Below are positions 1-8,969 of a stretch of DNA of 32,000 nucleotides, in pieces. The translations under genes and the position numbers were made by a program. A model generated the notes under the pieces. That model was not told the origin of the DNA. It saw nothing but the letters and a program-made list of their open reading frames with translations, and did no database searches. Source of the DNA: Synechococcus sp. A15-28 (GTDB taxonomy: Bacteria; Cyanobacteriota; Cyanobacteriia; PCC-6307; Cyanobiaceae). Location: assembly GCF_014280175.1 (NCBI RefSeq), contig NZ_CP047931.1, positions 150,001 through 182,000 of the forward strand, read 5' to 3'. How positions within the stretch are numbered: position 1 is the stretch's first letter; the number at the start of each line of letters is the position of its first letter.

Positions 1-162
1 TCTTCAACAAATCATTACTCTAGTATTCATACTCAAATTCTTCCTAATAGCCCTCAATTCATTGAAGTTATTGTGTCACCTGATGAGTATATTGGTCCCA
101 GGCTTATGCCCTCCGATAGCATTGATGATGAACACCTTAATATGTATCCCTATCTTAATTAA
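1..162 (+). CDS. C-terminal fragment of an upstream gene of unknown function (5' end outside window)
   Basis: Frame 1 is open from base 1 to TAA at 160-162 (SSTNHYSSIHTQILPNSPQFIEVIVSPDEYIGPRLMPSDSIDDEHLNMYPYLN*), followed closely by a same-strand ORF. Confidence 0.55.
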   Translation, partial: SSTNHYSSIHTQILPNSPQFIEVIVSPDEYIGPRLMPSDSIDDEHLNMYPYLN

Positions 163-178
163 ATTTTTTTAGATACCA

Positions 179-1306
179 ATGAAGCTGATTTTTCATCAAT
201 GCGAAAAACCGTTAGTTCAGTCAATGAAGATATCTCGCGGTGGGTTTCAATCGCGAATTCACAACATATTTGAGTTAAGATTAAATAATCGATCTTTTTA
301 CTCAGAAGTTATAGGTGATTCCTCTCTCATAAAATACCTAGTCTCGAAGCTTTCTGCATACATTAAGGCTTATAATCCTCTCGACGTCAGTGCTCTGTTT
401 GAATGTATTGCTAGCTGGCCAAATACTTTTGTTTATTTAGAGTCTGCCAGCAGCATTCACTCCATAATATGCGCATTTGATTGGCTTTACTGTGTTTATT
501 CTTCATATTCGCAGAATATATCCTTATATGAGTATTTAGGTCTTCCCATAGCTACCTCAAACCAATGCCCTATATATGCCTCTAACTTTTATATGTATGA
601 TGATATGAGTGACTTTGAATCTCAATTCTCTGGGTTTGATTTTTCAAAAACGAATAATATAAAAGTTCATTTAGGAGCAAATGCAATCGAAGACGAGTCT
701 GATTTCTATCTAGTGCTTGAGAGATATATGCATCGCGCTGATTCTATAATGATTGATTACAATTGTGGATATAACCTATCAGCGCTTGTTGACATTCAAA
801 ATGTATTGCTTCGATATCCTAATTTGTCTAATAAGTTATTATGGGTAGAAGAACCTACTCACCCCAATTTCTCTAAATATTGGAAAGACCTGTTATTTTT
901 TGAATGTGCGGCAGGCGAGAATCATCATGGTGTTGAAAGTCTTTTTCAGTTGACTAATTGTAATGTAAAATACATCATGCCTGATCTTGGAAGAACTTTA
1001 AAAGTATCTGAGCTTCCATCTCTAATAAAGAGACTTGAAAAGTCAGATTCATCTATTTCCTTTCATAGTTTTTCAAGTGGTTTCTTGTCTTACATTACAT
1101 TATATCTAACATTGTCTCTTGATACGAAGCATCAAATGTTTGAATATGACTTTTCTGATAACGCTTTGCTCGATGAGATTCTTCTTGATTCCTTCCAAAT
1201 TAAAGACGGCTATGTAACACTTAATAGCTCAGTCTTATTTGATTTGAATTTACCTTCTACACTAGATGGTTGGTATACTACTAGTATCGAACTTTTTGAA
1301 GCATGA
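179..1306 (+). CDS. Enolase-superfamily (mandelate racemase/muconate lactonizing-like) protein, divergent
   Basis: 375 aa ORF with the order of superfamily motifs: NIKVHLG, IMIDYNCGYN, LLWVEEPTHP, ECAAGENHHG, IMPDLGR, SFHSFSSG. Confidence 0.75.
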   Translation: MKLIFHQCEKPLVQSMKISRGGFQSRIHNIFELRLNNRSFYSEVIGDSSLIKYLVSKLSAYIKAYNPLDVSALFECIASWPNTFVYLESASSIHSIICAFDWLYCVYSSYSQNISLYEYLGLPIATSNQCPIYASNFYMYDDMSDFESQFSGFDFSKTNNIKVHLGANAIEDESDFYLVLERYMHRADSIMIDYNCGYNLSALVDIQNVLLRYPNLSNKLLWVEEPTHPNFSKYWKDLLFFECAAGENHHGVESLFQLTNCNVKYIMPDLGRTLKVSELPSLIKRLEKSDSSISFHSFSSGFLSYITLYLTLSLDTKHQMFEYDFSDNALLDEILLDSFQIKDGYVTLNSSVLFDLNLPSTLDGWYTTSIELFEA

Positions 1307-2010
1307 AACCAATTGATCTTAACTCATTGAAGAACTATCTAGACTTAGGGTATTTTTCTTCTTCACCTGGTACTAGACGCAGTATCAAAAGAAATATAGC
1401 CAACAAAATGCGAGCATGGGAGCTTTCGTATGATTACTATGATGGAGATAGAGATGACGGGTATGGTGGTTTTACCTTTGATGATAGATGGAATGCTTAT
1501 CTGCATAAACTGTTTATATCTACCAATCTAATCTCATCAGCTAACCCGAATCTTTCTGTATTAGATGTTGGCTGCAAAAAGGGATTTTTATTGCAATCTT
1601 TAAGGAAATTGTACCCTAATGTCTATTCCGTTGGAGTTGAAAATCATAGATATCCATTAAGTGTTGCTGACTCTTCGATAAAGTCGAGGCTGCTTTTGTC
1701 TGAATATTATAATCTTCCATTTGAGGATCATTGCTTTGATCTCGTTATTGCATTCTCCTCCATCTACATGTATAATTTAAAAGGTGTGATTAATTCAATA
1801 CGTGAGATTCAGCGCGTCTCCTCTAATACCTCTTATATCTCTTTGGCTGCTTATAATCATGACTGGGAAAAAGATATCTTCATGAATTGGACACTTCTAG
1901 GAACAACTTGCCTCCATATTTCTGAGTGGCTTGATATATTTAACGATTTAAATTACACCGGTTATTACGTCTTTACTACTCCTACACTTTTGGGTTTTTC
2001 AAATGATTGA
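1303..2010 (+). CDS. Class I SAM-dependent methyltransferase
   Basis: 235 aa ORF; motif I SVLDVGCKKGFLLQSL, then LPFEDHCFDLVIAFSSIYMY; overlaps upstream stop (ATGA). Confidence 0.8.
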   Translation: MKPIDLNSLKNYLDLGYFSSSPGTRRSIKRNIANKMRAWELSYDYYDGDRDDGYGGFTFDDRWNAYLHKLFISTNLISSANPNLSVLDVGCKKGFLLQSLRKLYPNVYSVGVENHRYPLSVADSSIKSRLLLSEYYNLPFEDHCFDLVIAFSSIYMYNLKGVINSIREIQRVSSNTSYISLAAYNHDWEKDIFMNWTLLGTTCLHISEWLDIFNDLNYTGYYVFTTPTLLGFSND

Positions 2011-2788
2011 TAAATCAGCTCCCAATGTTTCTAGTAGTGACTCCCTAGCCAAAAGATCTTGTGTAAAAAAGCCGTGGGGATATGAGTTCGAATATTTTGA
2101 AAACACTGATGTCTCTATTTGGGTACTTTGCATGGGTTATATGCATAAGAGTGGATACCTAATGGATGACAGCAAGACTTCATTTCATATGCATGAACAT
2201 AAAAGCTCAACTGTATTATGTATAGATGGTGCTATAATGGTTGAAACATTCTCGGGAGCAAATATACTTCGTCCTTTTGAGTCAACTAAGGTTTCAAGTA
2301 AGGAATTTCACCGTGTTTCTTCGTATCTAAATTACGGAATTGCTCTTGAAATTGAGTCTCCTAATGACCGCAACGATATTGCGCGATTATTCGATAGTCA
2401 CGGACGTGTAAATAAGGGATACGATTGGAACCACTCTGATCTTTCTGATTTATCTATATTAAAGTCAGAAGTCGATTTTTCGAACAATTTCCCTAATCTT
2501 ACTTTGATTGATGCTGAAACTGGTGTTAGTTCTTTGCAAATTTATAATAAGAATAATACAACATACATAACAGGTGTCTCTGTTGACCAATTAGTTCAAA
2601 CTTATGATTCAGGATCTGTATTTATCTGCACTGAAGGCAAGTTAATTGACAAAAACAACAAAACTATTTTACTTCCGTCTTCTGTTTATGTAGTCGAAAA
2701 TCTTGCTATGCTATCAGAAAGATTTTTTGCTCATAATCATGGTTTAGCAAATCTAAGTGGCTTCATTGTTACTAGTTATGCAGCTTGA
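2003..2788 (+). CDS. Cupin-like protein
   Basis: 261 aa ORF; SFHMHEHKSSTVLCIDGAIMVETFSG...FHRVSS...ALEIESPNDRNDIARLFDSHGR resembles sugar-associated cupins; overlaps upstream CDS by 8 nt. Confidence 0.6.
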   Translation: MIDKSAPNVSSSDSLAKRSCVKKPWGYEFEYFENTDVSIWVLCMGYMHKSGYLMDDSKTSFHMHEHKSSTVLCIDGAIMVETFSGANILRPFESTKVSSKEFHRVSSYLNYGIALEIESPNDRNDIARLFDSHGRVNKGYDWNHSDLSDLSILKSEVDFSNNFPNLTLIDAETGVSSLQIYNKNNTTYITGVSVDQLVQTYDSGSVFICTEGKLIDKNNKTILLPSSVYVVENLAMLSERFFAHNHGLANLSGFIVTSYAA

Positions 2789-3591
2789 AGTGTTTTTCTT
2801 TTCTTTACGCAATCACTATCATTTGTATATAATCCTAAAAACCACCTAATATCTCCTCCTTTACCTTGTATTTTATTTACGCCATGTATTATCCTGGCTG
2901 AACCAACTCCCATGTCACCTGGTAAAAATAGACCCTCAAGTTCCTGCTGTTCTTTTTTTGAATTTAGCGCCCAAAATCCACCCCCCATAAAGTCATGTCC
3001 CTGTTTTGACAAATAACCTGAAATAAACAATCTTTGGTTGTGGTCAGGGTCTTGATGCGCTGGCAAATAACCACTGTTTGCATGGTATTGAACAACTTGA
3101 ATACGATCAACATAACCCTCCTCAGGCTTTGAATGTTCAGCAAAGTCTTCACTCCTGCCTCCCAATACTTTATAGAGCCTCCAACGTCTATTGATTAATG
3201 CAAATAGTTCCTTTTGATCATTCCATGGGAAAAAGTACGCTGCTTGCTTTACAATTGGTACTGAATATTTCTTGGCAATTTCCGGTGTAATATTTCTCCA
3301 GTAATCTGGAATCAATCTATCCATTTTATAGAAAGTACTTTCTGTTTTCTCCTGAAGATTAAGCATTGACTCTTTTATGAAATATATCTCTTCTTTGCTA
3401 AAACAACTTCTAATCACTAGAAATGCGCCTGTAGACAGTTCTTCTACTAAAGACGTAAACATATTCGCACCCTCTGCAACTACTGTTTCTAACTCATGAA
3501 AGTCTATCTCCACTATCTTAGAGAAATGCTTACATTCGAGATTTCTATCGGCTTCGTCCCAGATTATTTTGGCTTTTGCAAAATTGTCCAT
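2776..3591 (-). CDS. Putative Fe(II)/2-oxoglutarate-dependent oxygenase
   Basis: 271 aa ORF; facial triad candidate HQD (YLPAHQDPDH) and distal H in SARIIHGVNK followed by RWFLGLY. Confidence 0.65.
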   Translation of the reverse strand: MDNFAKAKIIWDEADRNLECKHFSKIVEIDFHELETVVAEGANMFTSLVEELSTGAFLVIRSCFSKEEIYFIKESMLNLQEKTESTFYKMDRLIPDYWRNITPEIAKKYSVPIVKQAAYFFPWNDQKELFALINRRWRLYKVLGGRSEDFAEHSKPEEGYVDRIQVVQYHANSGYLPAHQDPDHNQRLFISGYLSKQGHDFMGGGFWALNSKKEQQELEGLFLPGDMGVGSARIIHGVNKIQGKGGDIRWFLGLYTNDSDCVKKRKTLQAA

Positions 3592-3594
3592 TGG

Positions 3595-4728
3595 TTAAAT
3601 AAAGTTTTTGTGCAATACGTTACCCTCTATAATATCATACAAATATCGGTTTGGTTCGTCCATTCTGCATGTTCTTCTGCAGTCATTAAGGTCAAGCTTC
3701 GTTTGAACATATTCAAGGCACTTTTGTCTCTCAGGAGACTTCCAAATGTTTTCGATTTTTTCTTCTTTAACGTTTCCTAATTTAAAGTTTTCATTTCCAA
3801 CGTGTGCACCACAACCATACACTGAACCATCCCCTGATATGTAGAACCATAAGGCTGGCGTACTCCAGCAAGTTTTGTATCTTTCTACTTCTCCTCGCAA
3901 TTTTTCTAATGCATTAAATCGACTAACAAAATTAAAATCTTTTACATTTTTGTATTTTTCACTAAGAGACTGAACTGTGTCTCTATAGAGAGCTGATGAA
4001 TAATCGAGCGAATTCTTATAACCTTCTTGCTTCATATATACATTATGTACGTATGGTTTTAGTACCACATAGTCGACGCCATGATCAATAGCTCTCTCAC
4101 AGAGCTCATCAAGAGTATCAATATTATCAGGCAGTAGCAATGATTGTATGCCTAAAGCACATTTATTTGTATTTCTGTTGTCCCTTCTGTGTGAAACTAA
4201 ATTATCAATATTTTCCCAAACTTTGTTAAAGTCTTCTTTGCGTGTTCTATGTATAGCTTCATAGCTATTTTCATTGCCTGCATTCATGGAAATTTTGATC
4301 CATGAGACATTGTGAATTGCTTTTCTAATGAATTCACTATTTAAATAAACTCCATTAGTCGTAAAGGATGTATCTATTCCATTCGATGCTGCATCATTTA
4401 CTATATCTGAGATCTCCTTATTGAGTAAAGGCTCTCCGTCACCAGCAAACATTACTGATTTTAATCCTATGTTACGTGCTGAATCAAAAAACTCTTTTAG
4501 GAGGCTCCTATTCAAAAATATTGGTTTATAGCCAATATAATCAACAGAACAAAATGTGCATCTATGATTGCATGATCCAGAACTCGATATTTCTGCATAT
4601 ATTGGTTTCAGCTCCTTGTGTTTGTTCCAATCATCTTTGGCGTCTATTAACGCACTGACTCTATCGGGATGATAATGAAGCTTATGCGTGTCAATCCGAA
4701 ATTTGTCCATGAATTTTTTTTTTATCAT
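3595..4728 (-). CDS. Radical SAM protein with SPASM-like C-terminal Cys cluster
   Basis: 377 aa ORF; CNHRCTFC (CX3CX2C), AGDGEPLLNKE, TTNGVYLN; C-terminal CWSTPALWFYISGDGSVYGCGAHVGNE...GNVKEEKIENIWKS...CRRTC. Confidence 0.88.
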   Translation of the reverse strand: MIKKKFMDKFRIDTHKLHYHPDRVSALIDAKDDWNKHKELKPIYAEISSSGSCNHRCTFCSVDYIGYKPIFLNRSLLKEFFDSARNIGLKSVMFAGDGEPLLNKEISDIVNDAASNGIDTSFTTNGVYLNSEFIRKAIHNVSWIKISMNAGNENSYEAIHRTRKEDFNKVWENIDNLVSHRRDNRNTNKCALGIQSLLLPDNIDTLDELCERAIDHGVDYVVLKPYVHNVYMKQEGYKNSLDYSSALYRDTVQSLSEKYKNVKDFNFVSRFNALEKLRGEVERYKTCWSTPALWFYISGDGSVYGCGAHVGNENFKLGNVKEEKIENIWKSPERQKCLEYVQTKLDLNDCRRTCRMDEPNRYLYDIIEGNVLHKNFI

Positions 4729-4807
4729 ACCATGCCTTGCTTGCAGGCTAATGTGAGCGAAGCCTTCATTAATAATTAGTAGATTCTTATCAACTAATGA
4801 CTTCTAC

Positions 4808-5794
4808 TTATTTTTTGTGTGAGTACTCCCAACTCATCTTTATCAGGCTATTTAGGTTTTCTCTTACCCAGATTATTGTTTTGTCTATACCAGCTTCTAG
4901 GTTGCATTCATCTTTCCATTCCATTTCAATTCTTAGTTTGTCTGTTTTCAACAAATATGTGTCGTCTTTCCCTAATCTCTCGTCAGTCACTTCAACACAT
5001 TTTTCGAAACTACCCCCAGTTCTCTTGAATATTCTCATTACTAGCTCTTTGATGGATATAATTTCGTTGGTTGATATATGCCATATTGACCCCGGATTGG
5101 CTCTTTCCATAATTAACCTTGTAGCTCTGACTGTGTCGTCAATATATACAAATGATCTTTTTGATTTCCCCCCTCCGTGTAGTTGCATACGCGCTCCTGT
5201 TAAAGAACATAGTATTGCTTTAGGCATAATCCTATATAACTGTTGGCCTGGTCCATATACATTCGCTGCTCTTGTAAAAACAACTGGAAAGTTATATGCA
5301 TTTAAAAAGCTCTTTAGATGTAAATCGCACGCAGCTCTACTTACTGCATAGGGTGTAGAAGGCTTGTAATTTTCGTTTTCTTTTTGCCATTTTCCTTCAC
5401 TGCTGCCATATACTTCGGGAGTGCTTATATGAACGTACTTCTCAAGACCCTCTGTTTGCCTCAAGATATCATGCAATTTAACTTGTGCTACAACATTTGT
5501 TTGATACCAATCTTCTGGGGTTCGCCAACTTTGTGCCACCATTCCTTGAGAAGCAAAATTTACTACATACTCTGGCTTATACTTATTAATTATATTTTTA
5601 AGAATCTCCTCATCATGATTTAGGTTGACCTGTTCAAAGACTATATCTTTTTTATCCCATTTGTAGGGTAAAAATTCTATGGGTGGCTCTGCTGACCTAC
5701 TTATTCCAATTACATTATATCCTCTTTTAATGCATTCCCTGCAGTAGTGTGCCCCCGTGAAGCTATTGCTTCCAATGACTAAAATAGTTTTCAT
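4808..5794 (-). CDS. NAD-dependent epimerase/dehydratase (extended SDR; RmlB/GDP-mannose 4,6-dehydratase-like)
   Basis: 328 aa ORF; N-terminal GSNSFTGAH Rossmann motif, VHISTPEVYGSS, TPYAVSRAACD, RAANVYGPGQQLYR, RSFVYIDDTVRA. Confidence 0.85.
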   Translation of the reverse strand: MKTILVIGSNSFTGAHYCRECIKRGYNVIGISRSAEPPIEFLPYKWDKKDIVFEQVNLNHDEEILKNIINKYKPEYVVNFASQGMVAQSWRTPEDWYQTNVVAQVKLHDILRQTEGLEKYVHISTPEVYGSSEGKWQKENENYKPSTPYAVSRAACDLHLKSFLNAYNFPVVFTRAANVYGPGQQLYRIMPKAILCSLTGARMQLHGGGKSKRSFVYIDDTVRATRLIMERANPGSIWHISTNEIISIKELVMRIFKRTGGSFEKCVEVTDERLGKDDTYLLKTDKLRIEMEWKDECNLEAGIDKTIIWVRENLNSLIKMSWEYSHKK

Positions 5795-7255
5795 TCAGTC
5801 AAAAAACTCAGTTATTTTTGATTCTAGCTTTTTAATTGTAATTGGTACATTACCCATTGTTTCGACTGCTGTGCATGCAATAAATGTACCTATGAAGGCG
5901 ACTTTCATAATTGGCTGGCGCAGTGACAGGCCTATTGCCATTCCTGCGAGCAACGAGTCTCCTGCTCCAGTCACATCTACTGGTGTGACTGCCAAAGCTG
6001 GATATGCCTGCTTCACTGTCCTTCCATCATCTTGATTCTGATAAACGATAAAACCTTCTGCACCTATTTTCATTATCATATTTTTTGATCTGGTTACCTT
6101 CATTACTTCTAGGCTTAGTTGCTCTAAATTAATATCTTTTTTTTGCAATGCCACCTTGGCTTCTCTTTCATTTGGACATATTAGTTCTGCCCCCCTATAT
6201 TTAGTTATCGATCCAACTTGCGAGCTACATTGTAGATCTGCAAAGATTGGTATACCTTTCTTCGTTGCTAAACTCTCTATTGTATCTTTTACTTTGTCAG
6301 TAATTACTCCATAAACAAAGTCTGAGATAACAATTCCGTCATGTGTTTTTATTTTTTCCTCTAGTTCTTCAATGACTTTTCTCTCAACTTCTGAATCAAC
6401 ATCTTTTTCATCCAACTTGCTTACTCTAAATAGTTTTTGACCATCAACAACGTATCTTTTCTTTACTGTCGTTGGTCTGCGCTTATCTTTAATCAGCGAA
6501 CAATTAATGTTTAACGAGTTCAGTTCACTTCTTATCCATTCAGAGGCTTCATCGTCCCCTGTTACAGATATGTATGAGCATTTTGCACCTAATGCACTTA
6601 TATGACTAGCAACAATACTTGCCCCACCTACGAATTTTTTTTCTTCTATTTCTTTTACAACAACTACCGGAGCTTCCGCACTTAGTCCCAGTGCTTCACA
6701 CACAGAATATTCATCAACTATTGTATCTCCAATAACAAGAATATTCGCATTTTTCCAGTTTTCTAAAAGTTCGTTGATATCCGATTTTTGTATTGATCTC
6801 TTTTCACATATCTCCTTTATTGCTTTTAATTTTTTTTCTTTTCTTTCTTGCTCTGTTTTGGTTAATAAATCATGAGCATCATTGACTTGATCCGTTACAT
6901 GATATAAAACTTTTCTCCCTTCACAGACTTGGAGATCAATAGCCTCATGGATTCTTATATCGTTAGTGTTTTTGTGTTCGATGCCTAGTACTAGGAAATC
7001 AGGTTTTAGATCTTTAATTGCAGCCGCTAAATCTTTGTTTGCTAGTGATATTAACTCCTCATTTGTCGTAAATCTTCTGAGTGATTCTATTCTTTCTTCT
7101 TGAGAATAGGGATATATCGGATTACCTTTATTGTCTCTTTCATCGCCTGCTACTGCTATTATTACTTTTTCTCCTTGTTTCTTCGCGTATCCTAGATATC
7201 GAAGATGCCCAGGATGTATGGAACTGAAGTGTCCATATGTTAAAACTGTAACCAT
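5795..7255 (-). CDS. Bifunctional nucleotidyltransferase/PfkB sugar kinase, HldE-like with inverted domain order
   Basis: 486 aa ORF; N-terminal TYGHFSSIHPGHLRYLGYAKKQGEKVIIAVAGDE nucleotidyltransferase motif; C-terminal PfkB signatures FVGGASIVASHISALG and PVDVTGAGDSLLAG. Confidence 0.85.
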   Translation of the reverse strand: MVTVLTYGHFSSIHPGHLRYLGYAKKQGEKVIIAVAGDERDNKGNPIYPYSQEERIESLRRFTTNEELISLANKDLAAAIKDLKPDFLVLGIEHKNTNDIRIHEAIDLQVCEGRKVLYHVTDQVNDAHDLLTKTEQERKEKKLKAIKEICEKRSIQKSDINELLENWKNANILVIGDTIVDEYSVCEALGLSAEAPVVVVKEIEEKKFVGGASIVASHISALGAKCSYISVTGDDEASEWIRSELNSLNINCSLIKDKRRPTTVKKRYVVDGQKLFRVSKLDEKDVDSEVERKVIEELEEKIKTHDGIVISDFVYGVITDKVKDTIESLATKKGIPIFADLQCSSQVGSITKYRGAELICPNEREAKVALQKKDINLEQLSLEVMKVTRSKNMIMKIGAEGFIVYQNQDDGRTVKQAYPALAVTPVDVTGAGDSLLAGMAIGLSLRQPIMKVAFIGTFIACTAVETMGNVPITIKKLESKITEFFD

Positions 7256-7259
7256 TGTC

Positions 7260-7829
7260 TTATCCCTGCTTGCTTCTTATTAGTATTTCTTGCATGCAGA
7301 TATGCCCAACTATTAATTGCCAATCTTCGCTTATTTGCATGTCATTAACATCAAAGTGTATCGCTATATCTACTAAGTTTTTACATATTCCTCCATCATA
7401 TCCAAAAATTCCAATAGTCTTCATTTCTTTTTTCCTGCCCACTTCTATAGCATTAATTATATTTTTTGAATTGCCGCTACCGGAAAGTACTAACAGCATA
7501 TCACCTTTCATGCCTTTTCTTTCTACTTGATGGCTAAATATCTGTTCGTACCCCAAATCATTACCAAGGCATGTCAATATGGATGTATTACTTGCTAACG
7601 CTTCTACTTTGATTCCTCTCGAGTTCTTTGCATTTTTGCATGCGCCATAATGTAAATCGTTTGATATGTGAAGCGCATTAGCCGCGCTTCCTCCGTTTCC
7701 ACAAATATACACCACATTATTATTTTTTCTGCATTCATCTATTTCATTTATCAACTTAGTTATCTTTTCTTCAATGTCTCCAGGAGTACAACTTATTAAT
7801 CTCTGTAAGTAATTCTTTGCAAGCACCAT
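7260..7829 (-). CDS. SIS-domain phosphosugar isomerase, GmhA-like (sedoheptulose-7-phosphate isomerase-like)
   Basis: 189 aa ORF; VYICGNGGSAANALHISNDL, LLVLSGSGNSKNIINAIEVG, TIGIFGYDGG. Confidence 0.85.
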   Translation of the reverse strand: MVLAKNYLQRLISCTPGDIEEKITKLINEIDECRKNNNVVYICGNGGSAANALHISNDLHYGACKNAKNSRGIKVEALASNTSILTCLGNDLGYEQIFSHQVERKGMKGDMLLVLSGSGNSKNIINAIEVGRKKEMKTIGIFGYDGGICKNLVDIAIHFDVNDMQISEDWQLIVGHICMQEILIRSKQG

Positions 7830-7874
7830 GATACTTCAACATACCTGGGCACTCTACCATGGGCCGCACCCTCT

Positions 7875-8954
7875 CTACGTTAATCTCATTTCAATATTCT
7901 GTCTTATCATGTATTCGTATGTCTCATGATTACTTCTTTCATTAATCCATGTTTGGCCGGGACAACTATTGTATCGGTATAATCTTTGCGAACTATATGG
8001 GGTTACCCAGATTGCATCTGCATATAGCACATAATTAACATCTTTAGATAATATGCATACCTCGGATATGCCACCACCATTAATCTGATAATGTAAACGC
8101 GATTGACTAGCTGTAATTATTTCATCCATGAAATTACCTGAGTTTCCAAATAGCACAAGCTTATTTCTTGTATAGATACTGTTCAAGTAATCTCTACCTT
8201 CCTTGCATGTAAGTATGATTGTTTTTTGGCCATATTCATTATATAGGTTGGTTATCGTTTCCATTATTGCGAATGGATTGTTATTTTTTATTGGCCTCGC
8301 GCGATTGTATCTAAAGTTTGTTGTCATATATTCTCCTATAGTATTTTTCTTTCTGTACTTTTCTCTTAGTCTATCGCCAAATAAGTAATTCTCTTCATAT
8401 GCTTCTAGTCTCTTATGAAATAGTGCTGTAAGTAGTGAATACAATTCTCTTGTTAAGGTAAAAAAGTTTTTTACCTTTTTTTTGTCAACCCACTCTTCCT
8501 CTATCATGTTTGCTTGTACTAACTTTTCAAATAGTATTGTTCCCTCTAGGTTCTTAATAATTGTTTTCTCCCTCTCCAGTTCAGTCACTCTTATTATTTC
8601 AATATTTCTTCCCGCGAGAACTTCATCATTTATCTTCCCTATATTTTCATACACGGAAGCTCCCACTTTATCGGTTTTGTTAGTTTTATTTTCTTTCTCA
8701 TAACTCCATAGCCCAGATTTTTCTGCTTCGAAGATATAGATGTTTGTTACTACACCTAAGGCCTTTAATGTAGATATGCAATTTAATGCATGTATCAATT
8801 CACCGTATTTCGGCTTAACCCATTTGAGATCAATTATTGCATTTAAACCTTTGCCGTAGCTTCCCTTCTTGATTTTATTGGCAACATTTATTACCTCTCT
8901 GCTGTACATTGTACTCGCATTTACCAAAAACTTTTCTAATACTTTATTTCGCAT
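7875..8954 (-). CDS. Protein of unknown function in nucleotide-sugar cluster, possible glycosyltransferase-like
   Basis: 359 aa ORF in frame-consistent cluster; KTIILTCKEG...NKLVLFGNSGNFMDEIITASQSR loosely resembles a nucleotide-sugar binding half of GT-B proteins. Confidence 0.5.
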   Translation of the reverse strand: MRNKVLEKFLVNASTMYSREVINVANKIKKGSYGKGLNAIIDLKWVKPKYGELIHALNCISTLKALGVVTNIYIFEAEKSGLWSYEKENKTNKTDKVGASVYENIGKINDEVLAGRNIEIIRVTELEREKTIIKNLEGTILFEKLVQANMIEEEWVDKKKVKNFFTLTRELYSLLTALFHKRLEAYEENYLFGDRLREKYRKKNTIGEYMTTNFRYNRARPIKNNNPFAIMETITNLYNEYGQKTIILTCKEGRDYLNSIYTRNKLVLFGNSGNFMDEIITASQSRLHYQINGGGISEVCILSKDVNYVLYADAIWVTPYSSQRLYRYNSCPGQTWINERSNHETYEYMIRQNIEMRLT

Positions 8955-8969
8955 TGCTTTCTGTCAAAT

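Noticed and set aside
4797-5351. 184 aa plus-strand ORF, plus similar small ORFs at 3496..3780, 5384..5623, 7255..7530, 8482..8703
   Set aside because: They are antisense to well-supported minus-strand enzymes; the T-rich plus strand gives Ser/Leu/Ile/Phe-rich shadow translations.
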